A program made the translations under genes and the position numbers. From the human T2T-CHM13v2.0 reference genome, Homo sapiens, in assembly GCF_009914755.1 (NCBI RefSeq), contig NC_060933.1: a DNA stretch of 64,000 nucleotides; one strand, written 5' to 3'. This document shows, piece after piece, positions 1-17,104 of this stretch (position 1 is its first letter; the number at the start of each line of letters is the position of its first letter). Below the pieces are notes generated by a model. That model did no database searches and was not told where the DNA came from. It worked only from the letters and a program-made list of their open reading frames with translations.

Positions 1-119
1 TATATTCACAGAGTTGTGCAAACATAACTACAATTAAAATGATTAATTTGATTACTTCAAAATTAAAAACTTCATTTCCCTGAAGAACACTATGGGCAAA
101 GTTCAAAAACACTGATGGG

Positions 120-398
120 GGTCGGGCTCCGTGCCTCACACTTGTAATCCCAGCACTTCGAGAGACCAAGGCAGGAGGCTTCCTTGAGGCCAGGAGTTCA
201 AGACCATCCTGGGCAACATAGCAAGAGCTTACCTCTATAAAAACTTAAAAATTAGCCAAGCACGGTGGCATGTACCTGTCTTCCTAGCTAATCGGGAGGC
301 TGAGGCAGGAGGATTGCTTAAGCCCAGGAGTTCAAGATTGCATTGAGCTATTATCACACCACTGCACTATAGTCTGGGAAACAGCAAGATCCTGACTC

Positions 399-427
<29 letters not shown>
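120..427 (+). mobile_element. Alu (AluJ-like)
   Basis: Dimeric Alu with long poly(A); ACTGATGG repeated on both flanks (TSD remnant). Confidence 0.93.
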
Positions 428-429
<2 letters not shown>

Positions 430-633
430 GATGGATCGAGAGATGTTTTCAATATCTAAAACCAAAAAGAGACATACATAGAAAACAAGTAATTCCTATA
501 AATCCAAAAAAAGACAGGAAACACAATTGGGTAAAAAATATAACAAGCAAGCTACATATAATTAAGCACAAAAACGTTAAGAAATGTAAGAAGAAATAAT
601 CAAACCCATTTGTGGTTAATCAAATGCAAAATA

Positions 634-914
634 ACCAAGCATGGTGGCTCACACCTATAATCCCAGCAGTTCGGTGAGCTGAGGTGGGAGGATTGTTTGA
701 GGCCAGAAGTTCAAGACCAGCCTAGGAAACATGGCAAGACTCTGCCTCTACAAAAAATATTTTTTTAACTAGCTGGGTGTGGTGGCATGTGCTGTTGTCC
801 CAGCTACTCGGGAGGCTGATGCAGGAAGATCATTTGAGCCAAGGAATGCAAGGTTAGAGCGAGCTATGATTGTGTCACTGCAGTCCAGCCTAGGTGAGAG
901 AGTGAGACTCTGTC

Positions 915-947
<33 letters not shown>
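634..947 (+). mobile_element. Alu (AluJ-like)
   Basis: Dimeric Alu, divergent, poly(A) 919-947. Confidence 0.92.
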
Positions 948-965
948 ATAGAAGAAAGAAAGATA

Positions 966-1280
966 AGGTGGCTCACGTCTGTAATCTCAGCACTTTGGGA
1001 GGCTGAGGCAGGCAGATCACCTGAACTCAGGAGTTTGAGACCAGCCTGGCCAACATGGTGAGACCCTGTCTTTACTAAAAATACAAAAATTAGCCAGATA
1101 TGGTGACGGGTGCCTGTAATCCCAGCTACACAGGAGGCTGAGACAGGAGAATAGCTTGAACCTAGGAGGCAGAGGTTGCAATGAGCCAAGGTCTTGCCAC
1201 TCCCCTCCAGTCTGGACGACAGAGCCAGACTCTGTCTCAAAAAAAAAAAAAAAAGAAAAGAGAAGAAAAAAGAAAGATAA
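966..1280 (+). mobile_element. Alu (AluS-like), inserted in the tail region of the previous Alu
   Basis: GGTGGCTCACGTCTGTAATC...TACTAAAAATACAAAAATTAGC...poly(A). Confidence 0.92.
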
Positions 1281-1289
1281 AACAACAAA

Positions 1290-1860
1290 GAGACATCACT
1301 CTATGCTATCAGATTGTTAAAAATTTGAAGCCTGGACAATGTAAATGTTGGCAGTTATATGGGATATAAGGGCTTTTTGGAACTCCTGGTAGGAGCACGG
1401 ATTTGTGCAATCATTCTAGAGATATATCTGCCAATATGTTTTGAAAGTAAGTATACAGATTGCTAGCACATGGCATATATTCTCAGTCTCACACAAGTTC
1501 TTGAGGGAGCATGCACAAAGTTCATCACTGTGTCATTTATAGTAGAGAGTTGGGAGAAACCTAAATGTATATCATTAGGAAGAATGGATAAATGAAATGT
1601 TTTAGAATACTAGGCAGCAATCAGAAGTGATGAGCTGCATAAATATATGGCAACATGAATGATCTTGACAAGATCAATTCAAGATGATAATACATCAAGA
1701 ACTATCATTATAAGCACAATCTTAAGAAGTACATAGATCAATATAAAAACAAGTAGCTCAGATAGTTCCTTGCTTGCCTCCAGGGAAGGTAGTAGAGGTG
1801 ACAGTGTGACTGGTCCAGGGAACTGCTACTGGGGGTTATAATGCCTTTGGTAGTATTTGA
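1290..1860 (+). mobile_element. Old L1M (L1ME-like) 3' fragments
   Basis: Degenerate L1 3' motifs (AACCTAAATGTATATCATTAGGAAGAATGGATAAAT). Confidence 0.55.
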
Positions 1861-2706
1861 TTTTTTTAACCTTTATTAAAAATATTTATGAAGCATTTGT
1901 AAAGAAAATCATCCATAAGAGGGAAAAGTGTGTTTCCTGTGAGTCCTTGGCCAGCTCCCTTAGGGAATGATTTCTTCCTCCACTGAGCCCCAGGAAGACC
2001 GTGCATGGCTCTGTTCGAGTGCTCTTCACATTTCACAGTGATGGTTAGCTCCTGCTGAGCTTGCCTGCCCAGGTGGATCCCGCTCCCTAGCTCAGCTGAC
2101 TTCACCTGGCACCTAAAGCAGCCTAGTCTGATAGGATGTGAAGGGCAACCTCCACATGAGAAAAATCAGTCTCTCCAGGTCTAATTATAAACAGACCTTG
2201 AATCAACCCCTGGGAGAGGAGAGGGCTGCCATGCCACTTGCCAGTCCCCTCCCTCCTACCCCACCCCATGTGAGTGGGGAGCCTGATGGGTTTGATTTCT
2301 ACACAGATTCCTTGCTCCACTCCCCACTGAGGGGCCTTGCTATGATTACAGCTTATTTCTGGACCCTCAAACTTCGTAGTTAGTATCTTTCACTCTTATC
2401 TAGCTTGTCTGAATCTTCAGGGTGGACTGTGCTTCTGACAATCTTTCTTCCACTCCTCCTTCTGCCCCAGCAGCTCACTGGTATCTGCATACATGTACCT
2501 CACAGTCCTGGCAGAACCTGAGACACTGGCATTCCTCTGAGAATGAAACTCCTCCTTGCGTAGAGCTCAGAAGTCCCCAGCACCACATCCTACCCAGGCC
2601 TTTTCATCTTAAATCTCATAGATATTTATTCTAGGCTAGAGCTGACTCTAATTTACCCATTTCCTAGGAATTTGTCCATTAATACCATCAGCAAAAGGGC
2701 TGACAC

Positions 2707-2840
2707 GGCTGGGCATGGTGTCTTGTGCCTGTAATTCCAGCACTTTGGGAGGCCAAGGTGAGAGAGTTGCTTGAGCCCAGGAGTTCAAAACGGGCCTGGA
2801 TGACAGTGAAACCCCATCTCTAAAAACAAAATTTTAAAGA
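2707..2840 (+). mobile_element. Alu left monomer (FLAM-like)
   Basis: Single monomer; TSD AAAAGGGCTGAC at 2693-2704 and 2841-2852. Confidence 0.88.
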
Positions 2841-3089
2841 AAAAGGGCTGACTCTTTCTTTTTTTCCTTTTTGTCCAAATACTGTGTTTACTTCTACAGC
2901 CCTGGTACTAAGTCAAGTGGCTAGACCATTTTAGCAAATATTTGCTATTGGATGTTAACTAAATTAGTTCTTCTCAGTTAAAACCTTGTACCCTGCTCAG
3001 CTGTCTCCTTCTTCCTGTCTCCTCTAGATGACCACCATTTTTCAGTTGTTCCAGTCATAAGAGAAACAATTCATTTGCAGTTTTGCCTC

Positions 3090-3235
3090 CAACATTCTTG
3101 ACTGTGAGATCCTAGAGTTTTCTATTTATTTTTGTCTCTCTCAGTGCCTAGTTCAAAACACAGGACATAGAAGGTGCTCAACAAATTTTTACTGAATAAA
3201 TAAATGAAATGAAAGTTTGAATGAATAAATGAATC
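3090..3235 (+). mobile_element. L2 3' end
   Basis: CAGTGCCTAG...GTGCTCAACAAATTTTTACTGAATAAATAAATGAA, typical L2 tail. Confidence 0.6.
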
Positions 3236-3974
3236 TGTTTCTCAGAAGCTCAATAGAGCCTACAAATGCACTTTTCCATCCATTAAATATTAATGTAGAA
3301 GCCAGCAAAGTTTCCCGTAAGAACTGTTATCCCTTCTTTAGGAAACTTTAGCTGTCTCATGACAATGTAAAATAAAAAGGATAAGATTGTTTACTATAAG
3401 TTGCTTGGGAATTTCATACACTCATCAGTGTCAAACAGAGGAAATGTGCAGTTTTCCAAACTCATTATGACTGAAAATCAGCTTTAATCAGTATATCAGC
3501 ATTGCTATATGTAACTGTAATTTTTAAAGACCCCCTTCAGGTGGTAAAAGCACTCTATCAAAGAGGCCTCAGCTCACTACTCTCCTTAAAATTGACACCC
3601 TCATACACCCTAATGCCATGCCCCAACTCTCTGTTACCTTTCCTTCTCTGCTTTTCTCTGTAGCACTCGCTACAGTCAAGGAAACTCACCTAGTGCCCCA
3701 GGAAAATCAGAGACTTTCTGTAGTGATGGACATATTCTGTAGTGATGGACATATTCTATATCTTGCCATGGTAATGGCAACATAGGTATATACACTGTTA
3801 AAAATCTTGACCTGCTAAAATTTGTGCATTCTAGTGTATATAAATTATACTTGAATAAAGTTCTCAGAATTAGGAAATTAAAGAGCTATAAACATAAAAT
3901 TATGCAATTTTTTTATATTATATACTGCAATAAAACATTTTTTAAAGATGAATGCCTCAAATCTCTGACTATGG

Positions 3975-4730
3975 TTAGTTATAAACTGAATGCCTGTGGC
4001 CCCCAAAATTCACATGTTGAAACCCTAATCCCAGTATGTATGATTGTATTTGGAGATGGGGTCTCTAAGAATATAATTAAGAGTAAATGAAATCATAAGA
4101 ATGGGCCCTGCTCTAATAGAATTTGTGTCCTTATAACAAGAGACGCCAGGGAGCTGTCTCTTCACCTATGCATAAAGAAGTCAGGTGAGCACAAGGAGAG
4201 ATGGCGGCCATCTACAAGCCAAGAGAGAGGCCTCAGAATGAAACCTACTTTGCTAGTACTTTAATTCTGGACTTCCCAGCCTCCAGAACTATGAGAAATA
4301 AATTTCTGTTGTTTAAAAGGCTATTCAGTCTGTGGTGTTTTGTTACGGGAGCTATATTAGTCCGTTCTCACACTGCTAATAAAGACATACCTGAGACTGG
4401 GTAATTTATAAAGGAAAGAGGTTTAATTGACACACAGTTTAGCATGGCTAGGGAGGCCTCAGGAAAGTTACACTCATGGCTGAAGGGGAAGCAAACAAGC
4501 AGCAAGGAGAAGTGCTGATCAAAAGGGGGAAAAGCCCCTTATAAAACCATCAGATCTCAGGAGAACTCACTGACCTATCACAAGAACAGCATAAGGGTAA
4601 CCACCCCTATGATTCAATTACCTCCCACCAGGTCCCTCCCACAACATGTGGGGATTATGGGAACTACAATTCAAGATGAGATTTGGATGGGGACACAGTT
4701 AAACCATATCAGAAGCCAAGCAGACTAATA
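3975..4730 (+). mobile_element. MLT1 (MaLR) LTR interrupted near its 3' end by THE1
   Basis: CCCCAAAATTCACATGTTGAAACCCTAATCCC...GGACTTCCCAGCCTCCAGAACTATGAGAAATAAATTTCTGTTG; resumes CAAGCAGACTAATA after 4716. Confidence 0.82.
4353..4711 (-). mobile_element. THE1B-like solo LTR nested in MLT1
   Basis: TATTAGTCCGTTCTCACACTGCTAATAAAGACATACCTGAGACTGGG...AAACCATATCA; 5-bp TSD GGAGC/GAAGC. Confidence 0.9.
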
Positions 4731-4736
4731 GAGCAG

Positions 4737-5128
4737 TGTAATCAACTGACAGCCCCAGCTACTGCCCACTCTGAAGTTCATCACTTTATTAGAGCCAAGG
4801 CCACTTTCCCTGCCTGCTGCTCCTCACCAGTCATTGAACATGGCAGGAACGCTAAATCCCGGAAGAGGTGGGATTCCTCTGATGAGCCATTTGGGCTTCA
4901 AGACTCCACATCAGCCTTATCAAAACTTTGTTAGAACTATGCTACAGTCTTAAGATTTTTCCTTTTCTCTCTCCTCCACAGTAGTCAATCTGGCATTCCG
5001 GTCTGACAGCTCTCCCAAGCAACTTCAGCTCCTTCATATTTTTTCTCTGACAAGCATTTCCCCCAATAAATCTCCTGCATGTATAACACCATCAAGACAT
5101 TTGCTTCCCAAAAGACCCAAGATAACAT
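4737..5128 (+). mobile_element. ERVL LTR (LTR16-like)
   Basis: Ends CCCAATAAATCTCCTGCATG...GACCCAAGATAACA, LTR16-type U5. Confidence 0.6.
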
Positions 5129-6129
5129 AGCTCCCTAAAAAAGGAAAAGAGATCAAATCAATAAGTTAGGTGCCAGGGGAAACAAATAAGCTGTCAGTTA
5201 ACAAGAACAATTAGAATAGTTAAGAAAATTGAAACAGTGACTACTTATATGACAAACTCGCCTGACTATTTACTGGTGTAAAACTGGTGTTAACTGTGCT
5301 ATCCAAGGGAATTGAGCTTTCTTTGAAATCACTGACTTAACTTCAGTTTGTTGAAAACTCCTAGCCACTCTCAAAGTACTTCCAGTTTTGGCTTCTCACC
5401 ACACCTCTACTCAAATCTTGAACAAGCCAAAATAAATTATTGTTCTTAGTCATTGTTTATTGTCAAGGATATGCTAATAAGATTGTTGGAGAAAATCAGG
5501 TCACAGAGATCATGAAGCTGGACATTAAGCTACCAAAGACTTTGAGGGACTGGCTGTGTCTGGATAGCTCTGGAAACATCTCACCTTTATTTAATTACTT
5601 AAAGTAATTCAGTTCATCACCCTGCTTCAGGCAGGAACACAGTGTATAGCAACAGCACTTAATCTCATCGTTCCCTGCCCATGACTCCTTCCTGCAGGGT
5701 TAGTTCGAATGATGGAGGATGTTCTGTCATTACCCATGTGCAGCAGTGACTTTATGATCACAGGGGTGTGGCTTGAGATTGGTCAACAAGTCATAAATTT
5801 TCTACCTCTAAGATCTCTGGACATTCCTGTCTGAGGAGCGATGTTGTGTGGAACGCTTTGTGCTTCCCAAGCACTAGGACAGAAAATGCAAAATAACTTG
5901 GATTATCTTCTTCTCTAAGTGGTCCCGTCTTCCAATTTAGAACTGCAGTTTGTTTTTTAGTGGTTGTTTTCATAAAAACAAAAGAAAGCGACTCAAGGAT
6001 CCATAGGTTTTGTTTGTCCAGAAAAAGAGAAACTCTATTTTGGTTCAGGCCTGCTCTCTATAATAGATGCTTACTCTCTGACTTTATCACGAGTAAGTCA
6101 TATTTTACTTCCCTAGTCCATTCACCCTC

Positions 6130-7690
6130 TCATTCCTCTAACCTCTAACCTCAAACTCTAACACCTCAAACCTCTAACACCTCCTGCCTACCTCTGCTCA
6201 CAGCTCAAGATGTTGCTTCCAAATCCCCTAAGAACATCACAGCAATCAGCAGAGAATATCCACCCATCACAAATGCATGTATTTACCAGCATCCGTACAT
6301 ATACTCTGCCTTCCTAACCATTACTTTAGATGGACGACAGTCCACCTTTCTAGCTAACGCCAGCTGCCCTTGTACACACATGCATTCTCAAGGCTATCAG
6401 GAATGGCATTTCTTTGTTCTCTCCTACATGAATAATTTTCCCATTGCTACTAGGTCATTCTCTTCAGCATACAGACAGGCTATTGTTTAGCCAGTCTCTA
6501 AAAATGACAACAACAATAACAACCACATCATCATCAACAACAACTAAAGAATTTTACTCCTCCCACTTCCAGAAACTGCCTCATATATCTGCTTTCCTTC
6601 CAAACAAAACAATGCCTCAGAAAAACAGGCTATATTTGTTATCTCTAATTCCTCTCCTCCCATTCTCTCTCCAGTGAGGCTTCCTCCCACATCACCACCA
6701 ACATTGCTCTTCTCAAGGTCAACAATGACCACAGCATTGCTAAATCTAAGGTTGATTCTCAGTCCTCATCTTATTGACCCAAAGACAGCATTTGACACCA
6801 TTGAACACTCCCTTATCCTTGACGCACATTTTTCACTTGACTTCCAGGTTACCACACACCGCTGGTTCCCTCCCACCTCCTGGTTGCTTCTCAGTCTCCT
6901 CTGCTGAGTCCTCTTCTTCTCCCTCCTGGAGACACAGGACACAGTCTTGCATCTGTTTTCCTGTCTGTCAACACTCACTCTCTTGTTGACCTCATCCAGC
7001 ATTCACAGCTTTGAGTAACATATATCTCAAGGATTCCCAAGTTTACATCTTCACCCTAGACCTCTCCCTGGAACTCCAGACTCTTATATCCACCCTCCTG
7101 CTTCACACATGCACTTGAATGTCTCATAGAAATCTGAAACTGAACATGTCAAAAGCCAAAGTCCTGACCTTCCTCATCTCAATGAATGAAAATCTCCTCC
7201 ATCTAGCTGCTCAGACCAAAAATCCTGTGTCTTCTCTCTTTCTCTTACTCATTCAATTTATTCTAAATTTCTGTTGACTCTATCCTCAAAATATATCCAG
7301 AATCTGACTGCTTCTCAACACTTCTACTGGTGCTGGTCCAAGCCACTGTCATCTGTCCCTGGAATTATCACAGAAGACTTCTAACTAGTCTTCCTACTTT
7401 CACCCTTGCCTCTCTAGAACCAATTTTCAACATGGCAGCAAATTATTTTTAAAAGGCAGTCAAATAATGTCATCTTCATGCTCAAAACTTTCCAGTGGCT
7501 CCCACTTCTCTCAAACAAAAGACAAAGACAGAATCTGGCCACTTCTCTGTTCTGATCTCTCACTAACCACCTTCACTCACCTTACTCCAGCCATAGTGAT
7601 CTCCTTACTTTTCCTCAAATCAGCATGGTTTGCTTCTACTCCAGGGCATTGGCACTGGTTGTTCTCACTGCCTGAAATGCTATTCCCCTA
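6130..7690 (+). mobile_element. L2 (ORF2/3' region) fragment
   Basis: GCATTTGACACCATTGAACACTCCCT, CCTAGACCTCTCCCTGGAACTCCAGACTC, CAAAATATATCCAGAATCTGAC motifs. Confidence 0.8.
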
Positions 7691-8493
7691 GATAGTCTTC
7701 CAAACACCCATCTTTTCCTTTCTATGCTTCAGTTTCCTCAATGGTCAACTGATAAACTTGAGGTAACAAGATGACCCAACTCATATGTGTGTAAGCCAGA
7801 CCCTTTTGACATCAGTGGAATCACACTATGTGTATTATGCTATAACTCTCTTTCCAACTTTAAAATATGTCCTTGAAATGCCACATTTTACTCATATGAT
7901 CTTTCTTACTTTTAAACCATATTTATTTCACCTGTTGCAATGTATTCCACAATATAGATATATAATACTTTATTTATAAGGATGCTTAGATTATAATCTA
8001 TTTTTCTCAAACTAAAACAATTCTACAAGACCCTTTTGTGCATAGGTGCAAGTGTTTCTTTAGCAAGAATACCTAAAAGTGGAGTTGTTGGGTTAAGGCA
8101 TAAGCACATTCCTAAAATGGAGGCTAAGAAAATGCCTCCACAAAGATCATGCCCTTTTACATACTTAGGCATTTCTCTGCATCTTTTCCACCATTGGATA
8201 TTAGTAATCTTTAGTTTCTGCCAATCAAAAGAGCAAATCTATCACTCCCCAACGATGTGAAATGTCATCTTTATCATATTTCAAGTTACTATATGTATTC
8301 AAACACCATATCTTACCCTTTTGATGATTTTATGTTTTAAGGCCTAAGAAAAATGACCTCCCATTACTCTTTAAAAAATTTGTTTTTTGCTAGCTATTCT
8401 TGCCTGTTTGTGTTTCCGTATATTATTTAGGATTAGACTGTCAAGTTCCAATAAAAATCCTACTGGTAATTTTGGAGGGAGGGGATCATGTCA

Positions 8494-8817
<324 letters not shown>

Positions 8818-9249
8818 GGATAAGGAGAAGAGACATATTTATGATATTGAATCTCTTGTTTGAAAATATCATGTGCCTTTCTACTTATTTAAGTCTTCTT
8901 TTTCCATCCTTTAGAACCACTTTTAAATTTTCTATTGATCCCTCACATTTCTTGCTATTGTAAGTGCCACACTTTCTTCCATTTTGTCATCTAGTGAGCC
9001 ACATACATGAAGACATATGTTTATTAATTTGTGGCAGCCAGCTAACTAAATTCACAATTTGTGAAAACATTTTAGTTGTTTCTCATGGATTTTCTAGGAA
9101 ACTAATTGTAATATATTAGTATTTAATCTCCTATTTGATTTTTGGGCATTTTTTTCTCATTGTGCTTGCAAGTACTTTCAGAGTAATCGAGGCATCATTA
9201 TCAGCAGGAATACGAATGTTTTCAGCGGATGTACGTCACGGTTTCAAGT

Positions 9250-9540
9250 GCCTACCTTCTGCATCCCTTTCTGGGTTTATACCTACATTATGAGGCTTGG
9301 TAGACAAAGGCCACCTCTTCTAAAGAAGGTGAAAATGCTAGATATTTTCCTAGCCTCGACTGCGGCCAGGGTACAGGCACGTGATCTGGGCTTGGCTCAT
9401 TTAGGTACGCTCACGCCAGGAGTTGGTAATGCAAGAAGGAAGAGCGGATTCTCTCCTTCTTGGGCCAGTTGGAGCAATAATGGCCACACATTTGAGTTCT
9501 TGGGGCAGAAGCACAAACAAATGCTTTGGGAGGGACTACC
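9250..9540 (+). mobile_element. ERVL LTR fragment (LTR33-like)
   Basis: TTTTCCTAGCCTCGACTGCGGCCAGGGTACAGGCACGTGATCTGGGCTT resembles the LTR33 core. Confidence 0.4.
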
Positions 9541-9559
9541 CTTTCACATTTTTTCTATT

Positions 9560-11171
<1,612 letters not shown>

Positions 11172-11384
11172 CCATCTTGCTCTTCTTTAAGAACTTTTCT
11201 TTAAAGAAAGGAGTTTTTTATTTGTGGCAAGTTTTTAATTACCTATTCAATCACTTCAACAGACATAGAACTGTGAAGAGTTTACATTTCTTACACAGTT
11301 TTAGGTAAGTTCTGGTTTTCTAATAATTTCTCTCCATCTAAATTTTCAAATGTATTGGCTTGAATTTGCTCATGATATTCTTTT

Positions 11385-11717
11385 GTTGTTGTTTTGGGTT
11401 TTTTGTTTGTTTGTTTGTTTTTGAGACAGGATCTCACTCCATCACCCAGGCTGGAGTGCAGTGGCATGATCTCGGCTCACTGTAGCTTTGACCTCCCAGG
11501 CTCGAGCTATCCTTCCACCTCAGCCTCCCACCTCAGCCTCCCAAGTAGCTGGGACTAGAGGGATGTGCCACCAAGCCCGGCTAATTTTTGTATATATCGT
11601 AGAGACGGGGTTTTTCCATGTTTCCCAGGCTGGGCTTGAACTCCTGAGCTCAAGTGATCCACCCACCTTAGCCTCCTAAAGCACTGGGATTACAGGTGTG
11701 AGCCACCACATCTGGCC
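11385..11717 (-). mobile_element. Alu (AluJ-like)
   Basis: Antisense Alu with (TTTG)n tail. Confidence 0.92.
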
Positions 11718-12780
11718 TACTCATAATATTCCTGAGGAGATGATAAAAATCAGCAGCTTTGGGGATGTTCACAAGGTAGGCTCTCTCCTCTATACTGCCT
11801 ACCTGACAGGAAGCTGAACTGAAAATATGGCTGGTATCAGTGATTTCTTGTTCAGCCCCAATCCCCTTCGTCTTCATGCAAAGCATGGGGACTGACAAAC
11901 CCATCCTAGCATTATTGGATTTGTTGGTTTCGCCTCTCAGGTGTAGCCTTACTTCAGAGAACTGTGTTTTAACAGTTTCATTTGAATTCTGCATTCACAG
12001 AGTCCTCTTTGCATCTTCCCGCATCCTGTTTACATTTGGATAAATTTGTTAGCTGTTCTCTTACACTGCAATTCAGAGTTACAGATGTGTCTCCCAGATT
12101 CATTGAAAATAGTGTTTAAGTTTCTATTTCTCTGGGTTATTATGTTTTGTTTGGGTTGGTTTTGCTTTGGGATAATTTCCAAAAGGAGATGTAGGAAAAT
12201 GCTATTACATATTTAGTTCACTTTCTAAAATAAGATTAGACAATTGTTACATTCAATAGAATCTGACTATAATACATTGAATGTATAAATATTTGAGAAG
12301 AATTATCATTTTCAAAATACTGTATTTTCCAATTCAGGAATATGGTATTTCTCATTTTTTCTTTAGGTCTTCTGTTATGTCTTCCAACAATGTTTTTTAG
12401 TATTGTCGTTGTCGTTGTTGCTTTCAGATAGCATGGCACAAATACTTGAAGGTTTATTCATAGCTACTTCTGATTTGTTTTTCTATCAGTAACTGATGGT
12501 CTCATTGGTTATGGACATATATGAAAACTCTATTTCATTTTGCATTGTCATCATTTATTCAAGTATTTTTGCAGTAAAGTGTTTATCAGTGTGCCATTTT
12601 ATGGTCTTGGATCTTCTAGGAAGACAATCATGCTTTCTGCAAATGCAATCATAGTTCCCTCCGCTGTTCCTTTCAAATATTTACCTGCCTGATTTATTTC
12701 TGTGTGTTATTCCATTGTCCAATACACACAGTACACGTAGTGGTGATTAGCACCCTTATGCTATTTCCAAGAGAATGCTT

Positions 12781-12847
12781 TCAGGTGATCCACCCGCCGC
12801 GGCCTCCCAAAGTGCTGGGATTACAGATGTGAGCCACCAGACCTGGC
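12781..12847 (-). mobile_element. Alu 5'-end remnant (~65 bp)
   Basis: TCAGGTGATCCACCCGCC...CTCCCAAAGTGCTGGGATTACAGATGTGAGCCACC...GGCC only. Confidence 0.8.
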
Positions 12848-13121
12848 CCTCTTCTATATGTTTTAATTATGCATCTTTCAAAGTTTCCTTCTACTTTTTC
12901 TTTCCTTAGGTGTAAGTTCTTCTGTTCATTGAGTCATCAGCTGTCTTAAATGGCATTCATTGTTTCTAAACATTTGATGATCCTGAACTGTGGGTTCAGC
13001 TTTGAATTTGTGATTCCCTTTCAAATGTGAGCATGTTTGCAGATTTTCTCAGTCTACTTCTGGTGACTAGGAGAAAGAAGCAGGTTGTACAACAAGTTAG
13101 GATCCAAGAACAATTTGTTGT

Positions 13122-15019
<1,898 letters not shown>

Positions 15020-15073
15020 TTAAAAATTTGTTTTAAACAACTGTACAAACTTAAATAGAAACTGGCATTAGAT

Positions 15074-15266
15074 CAGTGATTCCCAACCAGGTGTGATTTT
15101 CCTCCCACTCTAGAAACATTTTTGGTTGCCATGATGAAAGGTGTGCTGTTAGCATCTGGTAGTAAAGACCAGGATGCTCCTAAACTTTCTACAGTGCACA
15201 GAACAGCCCCCAACAACAGAGAATTATCTGGCCTCAAATTTCATATTGCCAAAGTTGAGAAACCCT
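15074..15266 (+). mobile_element. MER20 (hAT-Charlie) fossil
   Basis: CAGTGATTCCCAACC...CAGTGCACAGAACAGCCCCCAACAACAGAGAATTATCTGGCC...GTTGAGAAACCCT. Confidence 0.8.
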
Positions 15267-15671
15267 ATATTGGATGATATTAAGAAATTATTAATTTTAT
15301 AAGGTATGATGACAGCATAGTGGTCAGGGTTTTTTAAAAGTTCTTATTGGTTAGAACTGCATATTTAAGCATTCAAGAATAAAAAAGCATGATGTCTGAG
15401 ATTTGATCTAAAATTCTTAAAAAAATAGAAGGGGATAAATTCAATAAGATGGGGGAAAATGTTCATTTTTGAAGCTGAGTAATAATTACAGGTGTGTTTA
15501 TTATATTAGTCTCTACTTTTATGTTTGACATTATCTGTAATATAAAGCTAAAATATTTGAATTATTTTTAAAAGCAAGACATTTCTGGCATTTTTACAAT
15601 CTATGTGTTTCTTAAAAATACAAAATAAAATAGATATTATTTAAATTGCAATAATTTTATTAAAATGCTGG

Positions 15672-15963
15672 GGTTGGGCAGGGTGGCTCATGCTGTAATC
15701 CCAGCACTTTGGGAGGCTGAGATGGGTGGATTACCTGAGGTCAAGAGTACCTGGCCAACATGGCGAAAGCCTGTCTCTACTAAAAATACAAAAATTAGCA
15801 GGGCATGGTGGCAGGCGCCTGTATCCCAGCTACTCGGGAGACTGAGGGAGAGAGAATTGCTTGAACCTGGGAGATGAAGATTGCAGTGAGCCGAGATGGC
15901 GCCACTGTACTCCAGCCTGGGCAACAGAGTGAGGCTACATCTCAAAAAATTAAAATAATAATA
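15672..15963 (+). mobile_element. Alu (AluS)
   Basis: Dimeric Alu. Confidence 0.92.
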
Positions 15964-16673
15964 ATTTTTAAAAGACACTGAGTTTAAGGGCTTGGGGGTC
16001 AGAGACATCTCAAATGGAGTTCCTCTGTGCCTCTTGATATCTGAGCAGGAAACACAGAGTGTTTTGGGTGAAGGCAAGATATTAATAAAGGTATGTCATG
16101 AGAAAATGAGGAGACCACCCTAACTAGTAGATTGGGATGCAAAATGAGTGAAAATAGGACTAGAATAAGGCAAGCCCAGGCTAGGAGCTACTTAAAAGGC
16201 AGGCAGAGAAGTGAAATTTTGCTATGATAGAAAATAGAGCACTGTAGTTTAAGGGGCAGATTAATTTTCCGGAAGTAGTCTGCATGAGGATTTTTGGAGA
16301 AAAATATTCAATACACAATAATTATCCTATTAGGTCTAAATTAACAATTATGATCATATTAGGAGAAAATATTTATGATATTATTTTTGTCATGCAGCTA
16401 ACACAATTATTCCTGGCTATTGATGACAATGGGAGAAATGAAAGGTGATGTGGATAAAATCCAGGGACAAGGAGAAGGACTGGCTTTGGCTGCAAGGGCA
16501 GGAGGTGAAGGTGGGTGCAACTGTAAGTCAGGCTGCAGGTTCTGATGAGCAGGGACACTAAGGGTCTCTAAGTCTGAGGATGAGTTATCAGCTAAGACTA
16601 ATGATGGAAGAAGGGCCATTGGACCCGTAAAAGAAGAAAAAAAATAATTCCAGGAAGAAGCCCACTAAGTAGG

Positions 16674-16727
16674 ATTAATGCCGATTTGAGGCTTAGGAAT
16701 AAACTTAAGCCTCAAATTGGCATTAAT
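16674..16727. repeat. Near-perfect hairpin, 22-bp arms, 10-nt loop
   Basis: ATTAATGCCGATTTGAGGCTTA-GGAATAAACT-TAAGCCTCAAATTGGCATTAAT; one mismatch. Confidence 0.93.
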
Positions 16728-17104
16728 TAAGCTAAGTTCATTCTCTTGTGCAATTTAAGTGAGCCAGGTCCATTCGCTTGTACAATTTTGTCCATCAACA
16801 TTGAACTGCTCAAATGGAGGCACAGGGAAGATAGATGGGAGGGTTATTCCAAGGTTGGGGTTTTGTCAAGTGAGTATGAGTATGATGAACAGAAAATGGG
16901 GAGGAAAGCTGACAGTGTTTGCAAAGGAATGACTGTGTTGAACCTTGAAATCTACCTGGATAAGAAAGAAAGAAAGTAACAAGAAGGTGATGAGGATCAA
17001 TGGATTGATTGGCTGTCTAAAGAACATCAAAGGAACATGCCCGTGGGTTATCTTAGCAAGCAAACTGGAAGGACAGGAGGTCTCAGTAGAAAACAGGATA
17101 TCTG

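Noticed and set aside
779-1369. ORFs with [13 protein letters not shown] or poly-K/poly-F motifs here and throughout the window
   Set aside because: Translations of Alu sequence and A/T tails, not genes.
3717-3760. Short tandem duplications (19-bp unit here; also ~24252-24300, ~29335-29365, ~60028-60067)
   Set aside because: Two-copy slippage duplications with no spacer architecture; not CRISPR-like and not evidently functional.
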